32,000 bases of DNA, from contig NC_020304.1 of the NCBI RefSeq assembly GCF_000341395.1, positions 2,700,001-2,732,000 on the forward strand, written 5' to 3'. Of the stretch, positions 25,391 to 32,000 are shown piece by piece. Position 1 is the stretch's first letter; each line of letters opens with the position of its first letter. The notes beneath the pieces were generated by a model. That model saw nothing but the letters and a program-made list of their open reading frames with translations. It did not search any database and was not told the DNA's origin. The DNA comes from Desulfocapsa sulfexigens DSM 10523 (GTDB lineage Bacteria; Desulfobacterota; Desulfobulbia; Desulfobulbales; Desulfocapsaceae). The position numbers and the translations under genes were made by a program.

Positions 25391-27163
25391 GTGAGAAATA
25401 TGTTTTTTCATTATTTTAGCTATTTTAGGAAAGAGACAGGAAATAAAATATACTTGTTTATTTTCTTTTCTATCTTTGCAGCGGGGTTGGATGGCTTAGG
25501 TATCTCGGCCCTGGTCCCCCTGATCTCCCTGGATTTTACTGGAGAGATGGGCGGTGATGTCGTTTCAAAGTTAGTTTATTGGTTTTTCTCTTTTACTGGA
25601 ATTGAGCCGAGTGTTAAGGCCGTTCTGGTTTTTATTCTGGTAATATTTTTCGTTAAATTGCTGTTTAGTTTTTCCCAACAAGTTATTAGCTCTTATATCA
25701 CTACGTGGTTGAGTGAGCATTTGAAACGTAAAAGTGCCATCGCATATAGCAATATGACGTATAGTTATTATACGACGACCAAGATAGGGTTTTTGAACAA
25801 TTTACTGACGACTGAAATAGTAACGGTTGTTGCATGTTTCAAGAAATTATCTCAGGTTGTTGTTCTTGCATGTAACCTTCTGGCTTATCTTGCCTTCTCA
25901 TTTATGGTCAACTGGCAGCTGACTGTAGCTGTATTATTGTTAGGGCTTGTCTTAAATATTACATACAAGAAGATCCGAATTTCAGTTGCAAAAATATCAT
26001 ATCGTATCACGAAAGTGAATGCTTCAACACAGAATATACTAATTGAATTCATTAGTAATTATAAATATCTAAAGGCAACATCTACCTCTAATATCTATCT
26101 GAAACATTTATTTCCTGTTTTGAATAATAGTAGGATGCTTAATTTTAGAAATAACGTTTATGATAGTTTCACGCTCACAACCTTTGATTTTTTTCGAGTG
26201 GTGGTTCTTGTGGCTGCCTTGGCTTTTATGGTTGAAGTGAAAGGTGCTAAAATAACTGAGTTAATAGTACCTCTGGCATTGATTGCACGAAGTTTTGGGA
26301 TGATATTAGGGCTACAGTCTGTCTGGCAGGCATTTGTTAGTAAAAGCGGAAGTATTGTGGTGTTGGAGGAAGCCGAACGGAAATTGAAGCTGAACTCTGA
26401 GATTTCAAAAAACGATGAAATACAAACATTTAACCATGCAATACAAATGACTAATGTGAGTTATTCGTTTGATACCAACTCTGTTCTAAATGATGTGAAT
26501 CTTACAATTAAAAAAGGAATGTGTATAGGGTTAGCTGGTCCGTCAGGCTCAGGAAAAACTACCATGGTTGATATCCTTGTCGGCCTGCTTGAACCCACTA
26601 AGGGAAAAGTGGAAATCGATGGGAAAGATTACTCAACACTGAATAAAGAAAGCTTACGCTCACATTTTGGATACGTTACTCAAGATCCTGTTATTTTCAA
26701 TGATTCAATCGCAAATAACATTTCGTTTTGGGATACTGTCCAGTCAACTGGAAGTAAATTGGAAAATGCATTGGAATCTGCAGGATGTACAGAATTTGTG
26801 TCTGAATTTCCAGAAAAAGAGCAGGCTATGGTTGGAGATAAAGGAGTAAAGTTATCTGGTGGCCAGAGGCAAAGAATATCAATAGCGCGCGAGATATATT
26901 CTGATTCTGATATTATCGTTTTTGATGAAGCAACAGCTGCCCTTGATAGTGAGTCTGAACGAATTATTCAAGACAGTATCGAAAAACTACGGGGAAATAA
27001 AACTATGCTTATTATTGCCCATAGGTTATCCACATTGAAAATATGCGATATGATCCACGTAATCAATAATGGTTCAATCGTTGAAGAAGGAACGTGGGAT
27101 GAGTTATTGCATTCAGAGAATGTATTTGCGGAAATGTGCAGGAAGCAAGGAATAATTTCCTAA
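25391..27163 (+). CDS. ABC exporter, fused permease-ATPase half-transporter (MsbA/PglK-like)
   Basis: 590 aa with six N-terminal TM segments. Walker A is GPSGSGKTT, the signature is LSGGQRQRISIAREI and Walker B is IIVFDEATAALD. The start is either GTG 25391 or ATG 25400. Confidence 0.9.
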   Translation: MRNMFFHYFSYFRKETGNKIYLFIFFSIFAAGLDGLGISALVPLISLDFTGEMGGDVVSKLVYWFFSFTGIEPSVKAVLVFILVIFFVKLLFSFSQQVISSYITTWLSEHLKRKSAIAYSNMTYSYYTTTKIGFLNNLLTTEIVTVVACFKKLSQVVVLACNLLAYLAFSFMVNWQLTVAVLLLGLVLNITYKKIRISVAKISYRITKVNASTQNILIEFISNYKYLKATSTSNIYLKHLFPVLNNSRMLNFRNNVYDSFTLTTFDFFRVVVLVAALAFMVEVKGAKITELIVPLALIARSFGMILGLQSVWQAFVSKSGSIVVLEEAERKLKLNSEISKNDEIQTFNHAIQMTNVSYSFDTNSVLNDVNLTIKKGMCIGLAGPSGSGKTTMVDILVGLLEPTKGKVEIDGKDYSTLNKESLRSHFGYVTQDPVIFNDSIANNISFWDTVQSTGSKLENALESAGCTEFVSEFPEKEQAMVGDKGVKLSGGQRQRISIAREIYSDSDIIVFDEATAALDSESERIIQDSIEKLRGNKTMLIIAHRLSTLKICDMIHVINNGSIVEEGTWDELLHSENVFAEMCRKQGIIS

Positions 27164-27192
27164 AATATAAGACGACTATACACGGAAGTAAA

Positions 27193-28200
27193 ATGGCTGA
27201 TAAACATATTTTAATAATTGGAACAGGAAGTGTTGGTAAGAGACATGCTCAAAATCTGCATAAACTTGGCTGTGCAATTAGCTGTGTTGATCCGCGACAC
27301 GATAGGCTTATTGAAGCTACAGAGCAGATAGGGATTAAATTGAATGGCAGCTATAGTTCTCTTGAGGATGCGTTAAAACAATCTACATATGATGGTGCGG
27401 TTGTTGCGTCACCGCCTGTATACCATGTTGAACAGTCTATTGAATGCTTGAAAAACAACATACCAGTTTTGTTGGAGAAGCCTGTCTCTCCCAATCTGCA
27501 GGAGGCGGAGTTGCTGAAAACAGCAGTTATGGATTCAGATGCTCATCTTTTGCTAGGGTATACATGGCGCTGGTGGCCCTCGCTTGTAAGGGTTAAAGAG
27601 ATGCTTGAGGAAAAGGCGGTAGGGAAGCTGTTGCATGTTACATTTGTAATGTCAGCCCATTTGGCTGACTGGCACCCATGGGAACGTTACCAGGATTTTT
27701 TTATGGCGGATCTGGAGCAAGGTGGAGGAGCCTTGTTGGATGAAAGTCATTGGATTGATCAAATGATATGGATGTTAGGCGGGATTCCTCAAGAAGTTAC
27801 CGGCAAGGTCGAAAAGCTTAGCAATTTACAGATCAATTCAGACGATAATGTCGATATTCTGGCTAAATACCCAAATAATATTCGAGTTACTCTTCATTTG
27901 GATCTTTTTGGACGCCCCCATGAAAAATCTATTAAATTCGTTGGGGAAGAAGGAACTATAGTATGGAAAGTGGACGGAATTCTTGTTGGTAAATCCATGG
28001 ATGATGAATGGGAAAAAGAAACTTTTTCATGTGATCGTAATGATATGTTTATTGCTGTTGCTCAAGAATTTTTGGATATTGTAAATGGAGATGTTTCTCC
28101 AAGCTGCACCATTTATGATGGTGTGCAAGTTTTACGAATAATTGAAGCAGTACGTCAGAGTAGCTCAACGGGCGCTACAGTCAAAATGAGGTCAATGTAA
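27193..28200 (+). CDS. Gfo/Idh/MocA-family oxidoreductase (second copy)
   Basis: I preferred the ATG at 27193, after GGAAG. The Rossmann segment is ILIIGTGSVGKRHAQNL, and the motif is EKPV. The stop overlaps the next start (TAATG). Confidence 0.8.
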   Translation: MADKHILIIGTGSVGKRHAQNLHKLGCAISCVDPRHDRLIEATEQIGIKLNGSYSSLEDALKQSTYDGAVVASPPVYHVEQSIECLKNNIPVLLEKPVSPNLQEAELLKTAVMDSDAHLLLGYTWRWWPSLVRVKEMLEEKAVGKLLHVTFVMSAHLADWHPWERYQDFFMADLEQGGGALLDESHWIDQMIWMLGGIPQEVTGKVEKLSNLQINSDDNVDILAKYPNNIRVTLHLDLFGRPHEKSIKFVGEEGTIVWKVDGILVGKSMDDEWEKETFSCDRNDMFIAVAQEFLDIVNGDVSPSCTIYDGVQVLRIIEAVRQSSSTGATVKMRSM

Positions 28201-28907
28201 TGAATTTGGATTCAATTAATATACTGGCTGTAGTACCAGCTCGTGGTGGGAGTAAAGGGATACCAAAAAAAAATATTCGTAAAATTGGTGGGATATCGCT
28301 CATTGGACGAGTAGGAGAAGTTGTCAAACAGCTGCCATGGATCAACAAGGTGATACTCTCTACAGATGATCCTGAAATGGCCGAGGAGGGTATTAGATTT
28401 GGAATGGATGCTCCCTTTTTACGACCACCAGAATTGAGTTCTGACACTGCAACTGGCATAGATACATGGAAACATGCATTTCAGTTTGCTGAGAAATATT
28501 ATGACATGCAATTTGATCTTTCTGTTTATCTTGAACCAACCAGTCCACTTCGGACGGCAGAAGATGTTGAACGGACTGTATTGATGTTGTCTGACAATGC
28601 TAATATTGCTGCTGCGACCGTAAGCAGAACACCTGGGTCATATACACCGCATAAGACGCTTACTGTTGATGGACATGGACATATCGGTTTTTATCTGAAG
28701 GAGGGAAAAGAGTTCAGTATACGTCAGAAAATACCTTCATATTATCACAGAAATGGGATTTGCTATGCTATGACTCGGGCAGCGTTGTTGGAGCGAAACT
28801 GTATTTTAAATAACAATTGTGCTGCTGTTGTTATTGATAGGCAAGTCGTAAATATTGATGAACCTTATGATCTTGATTATGCACAGTTTTTATATGATCG
28901 TTCCTGA
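28200..28907 (+). CDS. neuA: Acylneuraminate cytidylyltransferase (CMP-nonulosonate synthetase, NeuA/LegF type)
   Basis: 235 aa. AVVPARGGSKGIPKKNI, the RP.EL..D block and YLEPTSPLR are NeuA-family hallmarks. Confidence 0.9.
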   Translation: MNLDSINILAVVPARGGSKGIPKKNIRKIGGISLIGRVGEVVKQLPWINKVILSTDDPEMAEEGIRFGMDAPFLRPPELSSDTATGIDTWKHAFQFAEKYYDMQFDLSVYLEPTSPLRTAEDVERTVLMLSDNANIAAATVSRTPGSYTPHKTLTVDGHGHIGFYLKEGKEFSIRQKIPSYYHRNGICYAMTRAALLERNCILNNNCAAVVIDRQVVNIDEPYDLDYAQFLYDRS

Positions 28908-29207
28908 CATTGTTTTTTGTCAAAGGGTAATATTACAGTCGTTTGGTTACAGGGGATAGTATTAGTGATTTCATCTGACTGAGCGTTTAATGGAATCATG
29001 CCATTTTTCCAATCCTTGTCAGATGTTGATTTAGTCTGATATCTTATAAACCAAAATCAAGTGTAGCTAGATAGTATTTAATTAGTTTTATAAATGGGGT
29101 TGGGAAGTATCGTTGCCAGTTGTCACTTTATGAGAACAGTTTTATAGATAGCAGGTTTACTGCTGCCTGCCACTATCAATTATGAGAAATTATTACGGGG
29201 AACCAAT

Positions 29208-30569
29208 GTGAAGAAAATTTCAAGACCACCAAAAGTAGACTATTCACTGTTTGTAGAAAAACCTGATACCCTAACTGCTAAATATGGTTTACCCGCAGAG
29301 GTTAAATATTGTAAGAAGTGTGTCATATCAAATCAGCGCCCATCTGCGACAATAGAGTTGAAACACACCTCTACAAGCAACAAGAAAACGATAGGGTTTA
29401 ATGAAAAAGGAGTATGCAGTGCGTGCCAATTTGCTGAGCAGAAAATCAATGCAATTGATTGGGAAACGCGTGGCCTTCAATTAGAAGAGCTGTGTGATAG
29501 GTTCCGGAGAAATGATGGCCGGTATGATTGTATAGTTCCTGGGTCAGGTGGAAAAGATAGCGTCTATACGTCTTTGATTTTAAAAAATAAATATAATATG
29601 CATCCTTTGACTGTCACCTGGGCCCCTCATATTTACACAGAATGGGGGTGGGAAAATTTCCAATCTTGGCTTGGTTCTGGCTTTGATAATCATCTGGTAA
29701 CACCAAATCCAAAAGTTCATCGTTTATTAACCCGACTAGCTGTTGATAACCTCTTTCACCCATTTCAACCATTTATAATCGGACAGAAGGCACTTGCAGC
29801 CAAGATGGCATTACTCTTTGATGTCCCACTTGTTTTCTATGGTGAGAGCAATGCTGAATATGGTAGTCCACAGGAGAAGGGTTCTAAGCGTTCGAGTAAA
29901 TTTTTCACTAGTATAGCCAAAGAGGAAATATATTTGGGGGGAGTCGCTTATAAGGATCTTGTCAATGAATTTGGAATTGAGGACTATGAGTTGAGGCAAT
30001 ATCTTCCCGCTCCTCAGGCAGAGATAGATGATGCTAATATTGAAGTACATAATCTTGGTTATTATGTGAAGTGGCATCCGCAGCATTGTTACTATTATTC
30101 GGTTGAAAATGCTGGTTTTAAGGCATCTCCTGAAAGAACGCCCGGTACTTATAGTAAATACAATAGTATTGATGATCGTATGGATGATTTTCATTATTTC
30201 ACAACCAGAATAAAATTTGGAATTGGACGTGCGACTTATGATGCTGCCCAGGAAATTCGTTCAGGTGACATAACCCGTGAAGAGGGCATCGCTCTAATTC
30301 AAAGATATGATCATGAGTTTCCAGAACGGTTTGCGGAGGAAGTGTATCAATATCTTAGCATACCAGAGAAAGATTTTCCGACGGCTCATAAGATGTTTGA
30401 ACAACCCATTATGGATCGTGAGTATTTTTTACAATTAGCAGATAATTTTCGATCACCTCATCTATGGGAGTATCATAATAATACTTGGAAGTTGAGAGTA
30501 CCTATAGAAAACCAGCCCACTGATCAACAAGAAAATGCAATCCTGTGGAAAGGCAATATTGCTCAATAA
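29208..30569 (+). CDS. N-acetyl sugar amidotransferase (WbuX/LfnA/PseA-like PP-loop enzyme)
   Basis: 453 aa. An N-terminal Cys cluster (CKKCVISNQRPS...CSAC) is followed by the PP-loop VPGSGGKDS. It precedes a HisF/HisH paralog pair, as in known acetamidino-sugar loci. Coordinates are taken from the ORF track. By my count of the printed sequence the GTG start sits at 29209, and I could not resolve this 1-nt discrepancy. Confidence 0.85.
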   Translation: MKKISRPPKVDYSLFVEKPDTLTAKYGLPAEVKYCKKCVISNQRPSATIELKHTSTSNKKTIGFNEKGVCSACQFAEQKINAIDWETRGLQLEELCDRFRRNDGRYDCIVPGSGGKDSVYTSLILKNKYNMHPLTVTWAPHIYTEWGWENFQSWLGSGFDNHLVTPNPKVHRLLTRLAVDNLFHPFQPFIIGQKALAAKMALLFDVPLVFYGESNAEYGSPQEKGSKRSSKFFTSIAKEEIYLGGVAYKDLVNEFGIEDYELRQYLPAPQAEIDDANIEVHNLGYYVKWHPQHCYYYSVENAGFKASPERTPGTYSKYNSIDDRMDDFHYFTTRIKFGIGRATYDAAQEIRSGDITREEGIALIQRYDHEFPERFAEEVYQYLSIPEKDFPTAHKMFEQPIMDREYFLQLADNFRSPHLWEYHNNTWKLRVPIENQPTDQQENAILWKGNIAQ

Positions 30570-30586
30570 ATATTTCTCCAAATAAA

Positions 30587-31353
30587 ATGAAGAATAAAAG
30601 ACTTATAGCCAGGATGGATATTAAAGGTCCTAACCTGATTAAAGGCATACAGTTGGAGGGACTAAGAGTTGTTGGTGATCCCAGGGAAGCAGCAATTGAG
30701 TATTATAAGAGTGGTATTGATGAAATAATATTTATTGATGCAGTTGCCAGTTTGTTTAAAAGAAATAATTTAGTCGAGATAGTCAAGCGAGTCTCAAACG
30801 ATGTGTTTATTCCTTTATCTGTTGGTGGTGGAATTCGGTCAGTTGAAGATGTGAAAACTCTACTTCATTCCGGGGCTGATAAAGTTGCAGTTAATACTGC
30901 TGCGCATAGTGATCCACAATTGTTGAGACAAATTGCCAATACCTTTGGGTCTCAATGCCTTGTATTATCAGTTGAGGCCAAAAAAAAAAAGGTGGTGGAT
31001 GGGAAGCTTATACCGATAACGGTCGAGAACATACCGGGAAAGATGTTATTGAATGGGTGAAAAATGGTATTGAGTGTGGTGTGGGTGAAATACTAATAAC
31101 ATCTGTTGATCAAGACGGCACGATGAATGGTTTTGATATTGAGTTGATCGATAAAGTCACCTCTGTTGTAAATGTTCCCGTTATAGCCAGCGGAGGAATG
31201 GGCTCCATTCCTGATTTCTTAGATGCTGTATTAGAAGGTCATGCGGATGCTGTTGCAATGGCGAGTATCCTTCATTATAAACGGATTGCAATTCAGGATA
31301 TCAGGGATGAAGCTCTTAGGCAAAATATTATGGTGAGGACGTATGAGAACTAG
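30587..31353 (+). pseudogene. HisF-like imidazole-glycerol-phosphate-synthase cyclase paralog (WbuZ type), split by a frameshift in an A11 tract
   Basis: The N-terminal part is MKNKRLIARMDIKGPNLIKG...VGGGIRS...LVLSVEAKKKK. The -1 frame continues GGGWEAYTDNGREHTGKDVIEWVKNG...EILITSVDQDGT...ASGGMGS. The two parts are colinear with one HisF barrel and join at the A run at 30980-30990. Confidence 0.85.
30980..30990. repeat. A11 homopolymer (longest mononucleotide run I found in the window)
   Basis: GCC AAAAAAAAAAA GGTGG. The frame on either side differs by one base. Confidence 0.9.
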
Positions 31354-31990
31354 TGTTGCCATTATTGATGTTGGTATCAATAATCTCTTAAGTGTTACTT
31401 CTGCTTTTGAGTTCTGTGGTGCCAAGGTCTCATTAGTTAAGAATGAAAATGATTTGCTGCAAGCCGAGCGTCTCGTTCTTCCAGGTGTTGGCGCCTTTAA
31501 GGATGGCATGAAGAAATTAGAAGGAGAACAATTAATCAGTGGAATCAAGAAAATTTCTGAGGAAGGTAAGCCTTTGCTTGGTATTTGCCTTGGAATGCAG
31601 ATGCTGTTTGATAGTAGTCTTGAGTTTGGGTTGTCACCTGGATTAGGCTTGATCCCAGGAAAAGTTGTTCCTATCCCTCCAAAAGACAAAAGTGAGAACA
31701 ATATCAGGATTCCACATATCGGCTGGAGTAGCTTGTATCCTTGTGGAGACGCTGGCATGTGGGAAGAGACAGTATTTAAGAAAGTGAAAGTAGGCTCATT
31801 TGTATACTTCGTCCACTCCTTTATGGCCGTTCCAGAGCAAGGGAAACATATTCTTGCTGAGACACAGTATTGTGGGCACAGAATTGTCGCCGCAGTTAAA
31901 AAAGATAATATCTTCGGTTGCCAATTCCATCCAGAGAAAAGTGGTGAGGTAGGATTAAGCATAATTGATGCTTTTTTACAAGAAACTTGA
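31343..31990 (+). CDS. HisH-like glutamine amidotransferase subunit (WbuY type)
   Basis: 215 aa. LVLPGVGAF, the nucleophile block LLGICLGMQML, VHSF and QFHPEKSG form the class I GATase triad context. The start overlaps the end of the HisF-like gene. Confidence 0.9.
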   Translation: MRTSVAIIDVGINNLLSVTSAFEFCGAKVSLVKNENDLLQAERLVLPGVGAFKDGMKKLEGEQLISGIKKISEEGKPLLGICLGMQMLFDSSLEFGLSPGLGLIPGKVVPIPPKDKSENNIRIPHIGWSSLYPCGDAGMWEETVFKKVKVGSFVYFVHSFMAVPEQGKHILAETQYCGHRIVAAVKKDNIFGCQFHPEKSGEVGLSIIDAFLQET

Positions 31991-32000
31991 GGAAAGAGAA

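Noticed and set aside
29811-30194. 127-aa minus-strand ORF (Ile/Phe-rich)
   Set aside because: It is antisense to the amidotransferase gene, and its composition is an artefact of the AT-rich opposite strand.
31231-31962. 243-aa ORF on the minus strand
   Set aside because: It is antisense to the HisH-like gene, whose GATase motifs are unambiguous. The Ser/Pro/Cys-rich, low-complexity translation looks non-coding.
1-32000. CRISPR arrays, tRNA/rRNA genes and ops/JUMPStart (GGCGGTAG) antitermination elements
   Set aside because: I saw no regularly spaced direct repeats and no tRNA-like T-loop or acceptor pattern. The GGGGCACTAG at 17911 lacks the rest of a tRNA. The only near matches to GGCGGTAG (for example GGCGGTAA near 22516) lie inside coding sequence.

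Overview
This window is a roughly 32 kb surface-glycan biosynthesis locus from a low-GC bacterium (about 40% GC by eye). All biosynthetic genes are on the + strand, and the chemistry centres on nonulosonic (sialic-acid-like) acids. Core genes are two divergent NeuB-family synthases (one cut by the window edge), a NeuC-type hydrolysing 2-epimerase, a NeuA-type cytidylyltransferase and a KdsB-type cytidylyltransferase. Decoration genes are a WbuX/WbuZ/WbuY-type acetamidino module (amidotransferase plus HisF/HisH paralogs), two O-acyl systems (an AT3-SGNH fusion, and an MBOAT with an SGNH partner) and four SAM methyltransferases. Further enzymes are two Gfo/Idh/MocA oxidoreductases, two D-2-hydroxyacid dehydrogenases, a TPP enzyme, an HpcH/HpaI aldolase, a GmhA-like SIS isomerase, an IMPase/CysQ-family phosphatase, an APH-like kinase and an MsbA/PglK-like ABC exporter. 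Two proteins are uncharacterised: one carries the bacterial sialyltransferase D/E-D/E-G and HP motifs, and the other looks sulfotransferase-like. The locus is visibly mosaic. An IS4-family element with a short transposase and an IS3-family element with a 3-bp target duplication bracket one methyltransferase gene. A ~1.3 kb segment (oxidoreductase gene plus the 5' end of the SIS gene) is duplicated and partly decayed on either side of an inserted kinase-methyltransferase cassette. An A11 homopolymer splits the HisF-like gene, and G8 and G7 tracts sit in two adjacent genes. A ~710 bp non-coding gap with strong hairpins is unexplained. I saw no rRNA, tRNA or CRISPR array. All homology statements come from motif recognition by eye, not from database searches.
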